Origin: an uncultured Planctomycetia bacterium
GTDB lineage: Bacteria > 4484-113 > JAGGVC01
Assembly (NCBI GenBank): GCA_964388445.1
Contig: CAYMAI010000001.1
Location: 336,215-400,214 of the forward strand
Length of the DNA: 64,000 nt
Reading direction: 5' to 3'
A program made the translations under genes and the position numbers. The notes beneath the pieces are model-generated. The model worked only from the letters and a program-made list of their open reading frames with translations, made no database searches and was not told the DNA's origin. This document shows, in pieces, positions 48,438 through 57,462 of the stretch. Each line of letters begins with the position of its first letter. Position 1 is the stretch's first letter.

Positions 48438-49472
48438 GTGCGAACCGCAGTGATACTTCTCGGAGGCGCCGGAACCAGACTTGCGCCGCTTACGAACAGC
48501 ACGCCGAAGCCGGCCGTTCCGTTTTTGGACAAGCCGATTATTTCCTACCTAATCGGCCTTCTGAAAGACGCCGGCATCGGGCGGCTCGTTTTATGCCTCG
48601 GTCACGGTAGCGAATCTATACTGGGACTAATGGAAGCGAACTCCGGGTTCGGCCTCGAATTCACGCCGGTAATCGAAGAATCGCCGCTCGGAACGGGAGG
48701 CGCTCTGAGGGCGGCGTATTCGAAACTTGCGCCGGATGAACCCTTCATCGCGGTGAACGGCGATTTGCTCTGCAACATCGATATTTCGGCGATGAAATCC
48801 AGAATGAGCGCGCTCGGTTGCGATTGTGCGATAGCGCTTAAGGCTGTCGATAATCCTTCACGGTTCGGCCTGGTAAAACTCGACGAAGAAGGCAGGGCGG
48901 CTTCGTTCGTCGAAAAATCGGCAGAGCCCGGCGAGCCGCCGTATCTGGTCAACGCCGGAATGTACGTATTGCGGCCCGAGCTGCTCTTGCGATTTCCCGA
49001 AAGCGAGCCGCTGAGTTTGGAACGGGATATGTTTCCCCGTTGGATTGGCGAAGGCGTGAAAATAGCCGGTTACGAACATAACGGATACTGGCGGGACATC
49101 GGTACGCTGACGAGCTATTTCCGCGCGCATTTCGAGGTCTTGCATCATTACTATCTCTACGATCCGGCGTTCGCGAACAGGGATGAAAAGGGATTCAGCC
49201 TGTTCAAAGGTTACATTTATATCGAAAACAGCGTGAAAATGGCCGGAAAAGCGCGGCTGGACGGGCATGTCGTACTGATGAAAGGCTGCGAGGTGGGGGA
49301 AGGCGCCCATTTAAGCCGCGTGATTGCGCTGCCGTATTCCAAAATCGGGGAAGGCGCAATACTGCGCGACGCGATTATCGGGCCGGACGTAACTATCGAG
49401 TCCGGAGCCCGCGCCGAAGAAATCTGCATTACCGCCGACACGAAAGTGCCGCTCGATACTTACGAGGATTGA
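48438..49472 (+). CDS. Sugar-phosphate nucleotidyltransferase with C-terminal left-handed beta-helix
   Basis: N-terminal NTP-transferase motif (AVILLGGAGTRLAPLT) and C-terminal hexapeptide repeats; GTG start. Confidence 0.8.
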   Translation: MRTAVILLGGAGTRLAPLTNSTPKPAVPFLDKPIISYLIGLLKDAGIGRLVLCLGHGSESILGLMEANSGFGLEFTPVIEESPLGTGGALRAAYSKLAPDEPFIAVNGDLLCNIDISAMKSRMSALGCDCAIALKAVDNPSRFGLVKLDEEGRAASFVEKSAEPGEPPYLVNAGMYVLRPELLLRFPESEPLSLERDMFPRWIGEGVKIAGYEHNGYWRDIGTLTSYFRAHFEVLHHYYLYDPAFANRDEKGFSLFKGYIYIENSVKMAGKARLDGHVVLMKGCEVGEGAHLSRVIALPYSKIGEGAILRDAIIGPDVTIESGARAEEICITADTKVPLDTYED

Positions 49473-50062
49473 TCGCCGGAGTTTAGCCGTCGCGTGCCGG
49501 TTAGTTTCTCGAAATATTCAAGCTGAGCTTTGCCATGGATTCGCTGTTTTTCCCGGTTGGATTTTTGCGTTTCTGCGAACCTTTCCAATTCCACTTCGGT
49601 TTTGCCTTCGATTTCCGGCTTTGTGAAATCCGCGCTCCATATTTGGCATTCCGTTTCCAGCCGATCTTTCAGCATCCATGCAATCTCCATCGTTTCGGCG
49701 CGGAAATGCGCGCCTGCTTGGCCGCTTGCGCAATCGCCGCAGAAACTCATCGAGTCTCCCATGGCGATTCCGTTAATCACTGGCGGCATAGCGACGCCGT
49801 TCACGGTTTCAAGGACGATGTAGTTCACGCCCAGGTCGGTAATGTGCTGGCGGATTACCCCGTCCGACGGAAAAGAAAAACCCGAAAAACTTTTGTTCGA
49901 CGCCTGCGCCTGCAGCGAAGCGGGATAAGGCAAAGGCTGCTGCGGTTCGGCGAATGATGGATTCGGCAGCTTTCCGAGCGCGAAATACATCGCCAGCGCG
50001 CCGAATATGAACGACAGTGCGGCAACCCTGAAGATGAAAAACAAACCCGGTCTTTCGTTCAC
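49460..50062 (-). CDS. Membrane-anchored hypothetical protein (unclassified family, intact copy)
   Basis: N-terminal TM, conserved block FSFPSDGVIRQHITDLGVNYIVLETVNGVAMPP, Cys-containing C-terminal region; paralog of the disrupted copy at 50373..50978. Confidence 0.5.
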   Translation of the reverse strand: MNERPGLFFIFRVAALSFIFGALAMYFALGKLPNPSFAEPQQPLPYPASLQAQASNKSFSGFSFPSDGVIRQHITDLGVNYIVLETVNGVAMPPVINGIAMGDSMSFCGDCASGQAGAHFRAETMEIAWMLKDRLETECQIWSADFTKPEIEGKTEVELERFAETQKSNREKQRIHGKAQLEYFEKLTGTRRLNSGDQSS

Positions 50063-50372
50063 GAATTTCCACCCAAACTCCCGAATATGGACGGCTAAAC
50101 AGACTCGAAAGCGCAGATTTTGTTCCTTGCTTGACTTTTGCGAAAATTAAAACATCATCCGCTGGGTGATACCTTTGACCACCACAATCTGACTGACTAT
50201 CGGTGAAGCAACGAATGAGCGCATGGAAGAATTTGTAAAAGTGTGGAGGTAGCCGCTTTACCAAAAAACACTCACACAACAGGATGTTTAGTTTCCTGCA
50301 ACTTTAATGGATACTTTGCAGGTACCCATTTTGTAAAATTGAGCTTCCTCCTTTAGATAAAAGGTCTGGGCT

Positions 50373-50978
50373 TCATTGGTTTTGCGGTGCAGTTGTGGAC
50401 TCTGAATAACTAGCTATGAATCCCTCAATATACTCCAGCTGTGCTCTACGGTGGTTGTTAATAATCGTGCGTCGCGCAAGCTTGCTATTGTAAATCTTAT
50501 CGATTTCCTTATCTGTTTTACCCTCGATTTGATGAAGCTTGATTGGAACTTCCTCTATTGCCACTCTTTGCTTGATATCTCTGCGGATTTGCATTGCTAG
50601 TTCCATAGTTTCTTTCATAAATGCCGACCCGGCATCGCGGCCACCTCAGCCCGCCCCGATTGACGGTTCAGACCCAAGCTCGATACCATTTACAATCGGA
50701 GGCAAAGCCATGCCGTTCACCGTTTCCAGTACAATGAAGTTTACGCCGCAGTAGTTGGTAATTTGCCTTACCGCACCATCAACCGGAAAGGAATAATCCG
50801 TAATTATGGAATCGCTTCTTTCCAATAAAATTGATGACGGGTACTTCTGCAAGCCTACCTCCTGGGCGGCCGCATAATTCAGCTGGCATACAAATGACAA
50901 GTAAACTGCCACGCCGCCTAGGGCGAAGCAGATAGTGGCAATTCTGAATGCACTAAAGAACTGAAAACCCTTCTTCAT
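50373..50978 (-). pseudogene. Disrupted paralog of 49460..50062 (split into two frames)
   Basis: Track ORFs 50646..50978 and 50373..50618 match the N- and C-terminal halves of the intact copy but are in different frames; region is AT-richer than background. Confidence 0.5.
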
Positions 50979-51069
50979 CTCGTACCTCCGCTGCGCTAAT
51001 TCGCAGTTCTGAAATGTTACCTAATATTATGAAAATCTTCAATCCGGTGTTTTCCAGACTGCCCGTCCT

Positions 51070-51294
51070 TTAAAACATCATCCGCTGGGTGATTACGACG
51101 ACGATTGCGAGAACGAGCGTAAGAAGAATGTTGAAAAGAACCGCAAGTTCCATACAGCCCATTATTTCGCCGTGTTTGTAAGAGCCTCTCGTGGATTTTT
51201 TCAAAAGAAATCGTATTTCGAACGGCAGTAAAATTAGCTCGATTGCGAGAATGAAAACCAAAAAATTCCTTACGAAAAAATCGAGCGCGTTCAA
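51070..51294 (-). CDS. Small two-helix membrane protein (possible flippase-like partner of GT2/GT-C genes)
   Basis: 74 aa, two hydrophobic helices; directly downstream of GT2 gene; function inferred from context only. Confidence 0.4.
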   Translation of the reverse strand: MNALDFFVRNFLVFILAIELILLPFEIRFLLKKSTRGSYKHGEIMGCMELAVLFNILLTLVLAIVVVITQRMMF

Positions 51295-51327
51295 ACTGAC
51301 GCTCCTTGTCCGGCTGGTTCCGCGGTT

Positions 51328-52086
51328 TTACGGAAGCGCTTTCGGGATTTTTTTAAGCACGCGCAGCCTGAAACTAATGGAAAATATTTCAAACAGCATT
51401 TTCGTTGCGTCCCGCAGAAAATTCACCTTGCTTTCCGGACTGTCCACCCAAATGACCGGCACTTCTTTGTATTTGAAACCCAAAAGGCTTGCAAGCGCAA
51501 GAAGTTCGAGGTCGAAACTCCATCCCCAGACGCGCTGGCGTGGAAAAATCTCGTCCGCGGCTTTCGACGAAAACAGCTTGAAGCCGCACTGCGTGTCGCG
51601 CACGCCCGGAATAATCAGGGCGCGGGTTATCGAGCGCATCACGTTTCCCGCAAGCCGCCGGTGAATTGGCTGGCGGACTCGCACGTCGCTGTCCGGCAGG
51701 CTTCGCGACCCGAAAACGACGTCCGCCCCTTGTTCCGCCCAAAACAGCAGCTTTTTCACCTCGCCAATCGGCGTGGATAAATCCACGTCCGAAAACAGAC
51801 GATATTTGCCGCGAGACTCCTGCATACCGCGGTTGACCGCCGCGCCTTTCCCTTTTCTGGATTCCGGCGTCGAAACGAGCCTTAATCTAATCTCCGGGTT
51901 CGCCGCCGCGAAGTCTTTCACGATTTCCGCGGTCGCGTCGCTCGAATGGTCGTCAACCACGATAATTTCGACTGGCCGCGTGCTTGCCGACGCGAAATCG
52001 AAAAGCGCGGCAAGGCATGCCGGCATGCGCTTTTCTTCGTTGAACGCCGGCACTACGATTGACAAAAATATTCCACTTTCAGCCAA
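51328..52086 (-). CDS. GT2-family glycosyltransferase (polyprenyl-phosphate sugar synthase-like, DPM1/GtrB/ArnC-type)
   Basis: GT-A N-terminus LSIVVPAFNEEKRMPACL...EIIVVDDHSSDATAEIV with DxD-type acidic motifs. Confidence 0.85.
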   Translation of the reverse strand: MAESGIFLSIVVPAFNEEKRMPACLAALFDFASASTRPVEIIVVDDHSSDATAEIVKDFAAANPEIRLRLVSTPESRKGKGAAVNRGMQESRGKYRLFSDVDLSTPIGEVKKLLFWAEQGADVVFGSRSLPDSDVRVRQPIHRRLAGNVMRSITRALIIPGVRDTQCGFKLFSSKAADEIFPRQRVWGWSFDLELLALASLLGFKYKEVPVIWVDSPESKVNFLRDATKMLFEIFSISFRLRVLKKIPKALP

Positions 52087-52134
52087 GGCACCGGATTTTA
52101 CTTTATATTCCGCCCGCTGGGATAGAAATTCGGG

Positions 52135-53922
52135 TTAATTACGCAAATCGTATATCCAAATCGCGCCGTTCGCGATTACCTCGTCCGGCCGCGAATTCAG
52201 GAACGCGGCGGATAATTCATGCGCACGCGCCGATTGTTCGACGAATAAATTTACGTCGGTTATTTCGGAGTAACCGGTTGCAACCCAAAGACTAACCGCA
52301 TAGACGTTTCCCGGCTTGAAATCTCGGGGTAGGACGTCGTCCGGCGTTACTAGCGTTGCGTTTAGACCGTACACCGCCGGGTTGTCGCGCAAATTTCCGT
52401 AATACAACTTCACTCCTGCCACGCCGTTTTCGTCCATCCATTTTTTCAGCGCTGGCAGGCCCTGTCCCCAGTCCAAATTCGAGTCGCTAAGCAGATATGC
52501 CCGTCTTGCCGGCGATCCAGCGAATTCATTCATGTAACTTATCGGATATGGCATTTGACTAAGGCTCGACGTCGCCGCAAATAAAACCAAGGCCGCGCAA
52601 ACCGCCGTTCCGTACTTTTTCAACGCTGGAATGCGATCGAACCCCGTTAATGCGCCGGACGCGTAAACGAAAAGCAACGGATAAACGAACAGCAGGTGTC
52701 TTACTCCGAAATTCATACCGCTGAATATCGCGATGGCCGAGTAAATGAAAACGGGGATGAGCAGCGCAGTCTCGAAATCGCGGACCTTTGCCGGTTTGGC
52801 GAACGTAAGTGCCGCGCTCGACAAAATTAACAGCATAATCGCGATCGGAGTTTTGAAAAAAAATACCGCGGGAAAATAATGCCACCATCCGCGCAGGCTG
52901 AATTCGCCGAACAAATAAGCCGGATGTCCGAGTGATATGTGATGGAATACCTGATATATGCCCAGCATTGTTTCCTTTTGCACGGGTACTGCGGTAAGCG
53001 CTCCGGCAATCGCATCCTCGATAGGCGTGTCCCCAGGTATCGCGGAATCAATCCTTTCCTCGAATCGCGGCGAATTTTCGGGAGTGATTTTTTTCATCGT
53101 GAACGCGTAAGCCAAGGGAATAGCAAGCGCCAAAGCGGCGGCAACAAAAGCCAAGTAAAAAAGTATAAAACCGCAAAGAGCTCCGCATGGCGATTTGCCC
53201 GGTAACTTGATGCGAAAAATTCGAGTGGGAATTTTGAATGCTCCGCGCTTGAAAAGCCATGCGAAAATTGCAATAGAACAAAGCGGCACGGCAAGCCCGC
53301 TGAATTTTGTCAGCGCCGCTGCCGCGGTGAAAAACATCAGAAGCGAAAAGCTAAGCATCGAACCGGTTTTTGCGAAACGAATCGTGAAATACACGGACGC
53401 CAAAACCGCCGCTGCGATTGCCGCGTCGCTGTTCGCAAGCGCGGCGTGCGCGATAAGGTTCGGCTCGATGGCGAAAATCGCAATCGCAAGAGTGCCGGCC
53501 TTTGTGCCGTAAATTTCGCGCGCCGACAGGAACGCGAATACACTTGAAAGCGAGACCAAAATCAGCAGGGGCAGCCTCGCAGCGAACAGAATCCAAAGTT
53601 GATTTTTTTCGTTTACGCGCCAAAATTCCTCGGAAAACGCGATTTGATCCTTTGCGTTCCACGCGCCGCCGCCAATCGGCGATTTAACGCCCGCTGCCGC
53701 GAGCGGCATACCGATTAGCCATTTTGTGAGCGGAGGATGCTCGGTGTTCATTCTGAAGTCCCGAGCGCCATAATATGAAACTGCGGCGGGAATGTGCAAT
53801 GCCTCGTCGTTGGTAAGCCCGTTTTTGTGGGCAACCCAAGCGCCTTGAGCAAAAAATATCGCAATTAACAGCGCGATGGGTAGCCCCTGAATTCCGGTTG
53901 AAAAAAGGCGCTTCACGCACAA
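52135..53922 (-). CDS. GT-C membrane glycosyltransferase (PMT/ArnT-like, COG1807-type), paralog 1
   Basis: 595 aa polytopic protein; first extracytoplasmic loop with acidic DE motif (GLTNDEALHI), large C-terminal soluble domain; about 50-60% identical in aligned N-terminal blocks to 57463..59307. Confidence 0.8.
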   Translation of the reverse strand: MCVKRLFSTGIQGLPIALLIAIFFAQGAWVAHKNGLTNDEALHIPAAVSYYGARDFRMNTEHPPLTKWLIGMPLAAAGVKSPIGGGAWNAKDQIAFSEEFWRVNEKNQLWILFAARLPLLILVSLSSVFAFLSAREIYGTKAGTLAIAIFAIEPNLIAHAALANSDAAIAAAVLASVYFTIRFAKTGSMLSFSLLMFFTAAAALTKFSGLAVPLCSIAIFAWLFKRGAFKIPTRIFRIKLPGKSPCGALCGFILFYLAFVAAALALAIPLAYAFTMKKITPENSPRFEERIDSAIPGDTPIEDAIAGALTAVPVQKETMLGIYQVFHHISLGHPAYLFGEFSLRGWWHYFPAVFFFKTPIAIMLLILSSAALTFAKPAKVRDFETALLIPVFIYSAIAIFSGMNFGVRHLLFVYPLLFVYASGALTGFDRIPALKKYGTAVCAALVLFAATSSLSQMPYPISYMNEFAGSPARRAYLLSDSNLDWGQGLPALKKWMDENGVAGVKLYYGNLRDNPAVYGLNATLVTPDDVLPRDFKPGNVYAVSLWVATGYSEITDVNLFVEQSARAHELSAAFLNSRPDEVIANGAIWIYDLRN

Positions 53923-53980
53923 AGTTTACATCAAATTCGAAATTCGCGGCTAACAGGCGTGGATAAACCTCATTGCGCGC

Positions 53981-54075
53981 TAAGGCGCGAATATCCGAAT
54001 CGCGCCGTTCGCGATTACGCCGTCCGGCCGGCGCCCCGCGATGACCGCAAATCTCGCTTCGCGACCCCCGATTGG
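53981..54075 (-). other. Fragment homologous to the 3' end of the GT-C glycosyltransferase genes (gene remnant)
   Basis: About 90 nt near-identical to the last codons and stop region of 57463..59307 and 52135..53922 (CGCGAATATCC(G/A)AATCGCGCCGTTCGCGATTAC...), between lipoprotein L4 and GT-C paralog 1. Confidence 0.5.
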
Positions 54076-54157
54076 AACACGCGGCAACGCGCCCCGGCGG
54101 GAGAGGCCGCCGGAGTGCTGTAAATTGCGCATCAGCCCTTCAATTTAGCGTGACAGG

Positions 54158-54607
54158 TCAGGATTCTTCGGAGGGAAGAACGGTGATGGGGTATTGAAAT
54201 TGCCTGCTTCTCTCTTCGCCGTCCAAGTACACTACCTTTAGCTTGGGAAGATAGCTACCCGGCGACAAGTATGTTTTTTGTAATTGGTGCGAGTACAAGT
54301 GGTCTTCATATTTGCCTGAAATCGCGATTTCAACGTAACCGTTACCGTCGTCGAAGTCGATTTGAATGGATTTTACAAAGCCGGCGATGGATTGGTTGTT
54401 GCTAATCCAAAGGTCAAATTCGACCGAAAAAGGAGCGGTACCTTCATTCGATGTCAGCCTCTGAAACAAAACCCCTCTTGAAGGCCATAAGCCGTATTTA
54501 ATGCCGCTTCGGCCGTTGCAGCTGCTTAGCAAGCTGACTGCCGAAAAATCGGCGAGCATTATCGCCATCAGAAAAAAGCCTGAACAAACTTGATTTATGA
54601 ACTTCAT
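54158..54607 (-). CDS. Lipoprotein of PITVLPxEES family (divergent member L4)
   Basis: Lipobox (LLSSC), C-terminal YPITVLPSEES; 3' flank shares the conserved hairpin-containing sequence with L1 and L2. Confidence 0.5.
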   Translation of the reverse strand: MKFINQVCSGFFLMAIMLADFSAVSLLSSCNGRSGIKYGLWPSRGVLFQRLTSNEGTAPFSVEFDLWISNNQSIAGFVKSIQIDFDDGNGYVEIAISGKYEDHLYSHQLQKTYLSPGSYLPKLKVVYLDGEERSRQFQYPITVLPSEES

Positions 54608-54644
54608 CTAATCCACCTACCTTAATGATTTTCGCTTGGCTGCG

Positions 54645-55151
54645 CTACTCGACTGACACAACCGGATACGAATGGAATTGGATGCTGGTTTCGAATATTT
54701 CCCGGCCGTAGTAAACGCGCGAAATGATGTTGTAAACGCCGGGCGTCTCGAATGTGTAGGTAAGCAGCAGCGATTCGTCGAAATTCCTCGACCCGTAAAG
54801 TCCATCATATTTTGGCGATTTCAGGAATTTCAGCGCATCTTCTGTAACGTCAACTACCTCATCGCCGAAATTTACTTCAATCTTGTCCGGGTAAACGCGG
54901 CTTCGGTCAATCTCGCGATGAACTGGGCGCATCCAAACCCAATACTTGATCGAAAATGGGGCAGCGCCAGAGCTTTCCCCTTCTACGAAAACAATCGTAG
55001 ATACAGGTGGGTAAAAGTAGTATCCATCTTCCGGATACCCCCAGTCGTAACCGGGAAATTTGGACTTGTAATTTGTACTGGAGCAACCGGCAAAGATCGC
55101 AGTCAAAACAAGCACAACAAGCGCGGTGGAAAAAGTAAGTATCTTTATCAT
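54645..55151 (-). CDS. Small lipoprotein, distant relative of L4 (member L5)
   Basis: Lipobox (IFAGC); shares APFS...W block with L4; C-terminus YPVVSVE instead of PITVLPxEES; 10 bp downstream of peptidase 2. Confidence 0.5.
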   Translation of the reverse strand: MIKILTFSTALVVLVLTAIFAGCSSTNYKSKFPGYDWGYPEDGYYFYPPVSTIVFVEGESSGAAPFSIKYWVWMRPVHREIDRSRVYPDKIEVNFGDEVVDVTEDALKFLKSPKYDGLYGSRNFDESLLLTYTFETPGVYNIISRVYYGREIFETSIQFHSYPVVSVE

Positions 55152-55160
55152 ATCAACCTC

Positions 55161-56912
55161 CTAGGGACGTAATGTCTCGTACGCATTCAACTTCCAAGCG
55201 CCAAGATTGGGGTCGTAAGTGGCGCGCTGAAGAATCCGGTTCTTAGCGAGTTGTGGCGCTGAGTATTGGGGTCTCGTTACCAGCATCCCTGCTACAGCGC
55301 TCACATGTGGAGTGGCAGCGGACGTGCCGCTAAAAGCTGCGGTCAAGCCTTCCGGGTCACTTCGATAGCCAAGGTCGTACAAACCATTTGGGCTCTTTCC
55401 AACCATATCGACTGTCCAAATGAGCTGGTTTCCGGATCCTTCTCCACCTGGAGCAAATACGCTTCCCAATTTGCTGTATCCTGTCATTTGCCCAGATATC
55501 TTGTACGCACCTACAGACAATACTCTAGGATGTCTTGCAGGCCAATCTTCGGGCCATCTGGGTTCAGCGACTTCTTTGCGATTTCCTGCCGCGGCTACAA
55601 AAAGCATGTGTTGGGTGAGCTTGTCGAGAAAGCGCATATTCGTCTCACCTAAAGACGGTCCGCCGAAGCTACAATTTACAACCTCAATATTAGTATAAGG
55701 TACTTGCGGAACGAAAGGATAATACTCCCAATCCGCGCGGTAAATCCTCTTGACGCATCCTATAGCGAGGAATGAATTGGCTAAAGTAGAAGTTGAAAAA
55801 CCGCTATTGTGATACATTGCGATCGGCAGAATACGAGGACAACGAACAATTCCGCAAATATCCTGCTCGTCGTCTAACTGGTAGCCGGGGTCGTTATTGA
55901 TTGCGGATCCGATTATTCCAGCGACACAGGTACCATGACCCGCACTGCGAGCTGATACTGCACTAGCGTTTAACACACTTGGACTTGGCTGACCATGCCC
56001 TTGACCGAATGTTGTCCACCATTTGCTATCGTACGTGTTAACGCCCCATGAAAGAAATGCGGAACCTAGATCTTTATTGGCTTGCCTTCTCTGAACTCCA
56101 GTATCCAATATCGCAATTATGCCGGAATCGTAATAGTAATTCTTCCAAGCGTTCTGAATTCTAATGCTCTGTCCACTCGCATCGCGTATCGCCCATTGAA
56201 ACGGAAACAGATCGTCATCGGGCTCTGCGTCTATTGGCCATGCGCAGGTCGAAGCCAACGCATCCGGATCGACGGAATCGATTAAGTCGGGATATTCGTC
56301 CGGCCAATATTCGACTGCATACTCAATGCTTGTTCCTTGCGGCAACAGCGCGCCTATGCACTTTACCGCGTTCCACTCCACAAAGACTGCCAATTCTTCG
56401 GCAAGCACAAAATCGGCAACATCTTGATCCTCCGATACGGTGCTGTATGATGTTTGATGATAGTACTCATCCTCTGGGGATATTTCCTCATCGAAGTAGT
56501 TCGGGTCAACATCGGGATATTCCGGCGGGTTCTTGAACGCGATTATTACTCTTCCGTCGATTATAGGGTATGTCTCCTGGGTACGCGGATCGGTAAAGTC
56601 GCGAATGTCCCATTCGTCTTCTTCGTCGAATCCGCCGCCGCTTCCGCCCGGGCCGCCGTCCATCGGCTCTTCTCCGCCTCCGCCGAAATCTCCCGCGGAC
56701 GAGTTTCCGCGACTTTTGGTTGCGGATTGGCTTTCCGTAATGGCATCCTGGCCGGCTGCCGGTGTTGCTGGAATCAAACCGGTCGCATCCCCTGCGGTCA
56801 TCTTGGCGTCCCTGTCACAAGACATCAGCGCAAAGGCGCACATCATTACAAGGGCGAGTAAAACTACCCCCCCCCCCCAGCCGGGGGCAAACGAAAACTT
56901 GGACTTTTTCAT
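55161..56912 (-). CDS. S8-family (subtilisin-like) serine peptidase, lipoprotein, paralog 2
   Basis: Triad motifs IAILDTGV, HGTCVAGII, GTSAATPHVSAVAGML; N-terminal 40 aa and 5' leader identical to the peptidase at 31854..33782; same 12-nt G run. Confidence 0.85.
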   Translation of the reverse strand: MKKSKFSFAPGWGGGVVLLALVMMCAFALMSCDRDAKMTAGDATGLIPATPAAGQDAITESQSATKSRGNSSAGDFGGGGEEPMDGGPGGSGGGFDEEDEWDIRDFTDPRTQETYPIIDGRVIIAFKNPPEYPDVDPNYFDEEISPEDEYYHQTSYSTVSEDQDVADFVLAEELAVFVEWNAVKCIGALLPQGTSIEYAVEYWPDEYPDLIDSVDPDALASTCAWPIDAEPDDDLFPFQWAIRDASGQSIRIQNAWKNYYYDSGIIAILDTGVQRRQANKDLGSAFLSWGVNTYDSKWWTTFGQGHGQPSPSVLNASAVSARSAGHGTCVAGIIGSAINNDPGYQLDDEQDICGIVRCPRILPIAMYHNSGFSTSTLANSFLAIGCVKRIYRADWEYYPFVPQVPYTNIEVVNCSFGGPSLGETNMRFLDKLTQHMLFVAAAGNRKEVAEPRWPEDWPARHPRVLSVGAYKISGQMTGYSKLGSVFAPGGEGSGNQLIWTVDMVGKSPNGLYDLGYRSDPEGLTAAFSGTSAATPHVSAVAGMLVTRPQYSAPQLAKNRILQRATYDPNLGAWKLNAYETLRP

Positions 56913-57352
56913 GTCCTACTCCTTTGGTTGAATTTTGAAATATCGCGTACGCTTGGGCGGGCGTTCTTACGCCGCGCCGCGCGCATCATCGCCGCTTTCG
57001 AGCGAATCCTTAATAGACCTTCTCTACCAAAACTCTCTCCGTCCACATTCCCGCTCCGAACTTCCGGAATCCGATTTCCAAATTCGCAAACCCGCTTGTT
57101 TCCCAATTCGCAATCCAGTTTGGCGTTTTCCACGCTCCGGGTTTAAACAACGCTCCCGGTTTAATAAGAAACACAATCTCCCGCTTCGCTTTGCATCTTG
57201 AATACACCTAAGGCAGCGCCACCGCATCCTTGGCGCACAACGGAATTTTACCCCGATTTACAGGTTTTAAACCGGCTTCAGGCTCGCGTAAATAATCACA
57301 ATCCCAAGCCGCTGGAAATCAGTGAAAATTGTGTATAAATCTGTATAACGCG
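56913..57352 (-). repeat. Conserved leader/promoter element, copy 3 of 3
   Basis: Matches 33783..34228 and 25106..25487; identity extends into the peptidase coding region to about 56790. Confidence 0.85.
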
Positions 57353-57462
57353 GGAATGACGCCGCGAGAAATGCCTATTATCGCGAGGGGCAAGCACTTA
57401 ATTAGAATGCAGCCTCGCGGCTCGCGCATATAGGCATCGAGCTAACGTGTGCGAATGGCTCG

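Noticed and set aside
56909-57133. Small ORF inside the leader repeat (MENAKLDCELGNKRVCEFGNRIPEVRSGNVDGESF...), also at 25056..25268 and 33779..34003
   Set aside because: Begins with GTG, has no usable SD spacing, and runs into the downstream gene start; its apparent conservation only reflects nucleotide identity of the repeat. Kept as part of the regulatory leader, not as a CDS.
25046-57352. Possibility that the repeated elements form a CRISPR array
   Set aside because: Repeats are hundreds of bp long, dispersed over 30 kb and gene-associated; there are no short, regularly spaced direct repeats with unique spacers.
57352-57370. Tandem TTATACA-N3-TTATACA at the distal end of the leader copies as a sigma-70 promoter
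   Set aside because: Spacing between the two hexamers (5 bp) is incompatible with -35/-10 geometry; may still be a binding site, but no promoter is called.
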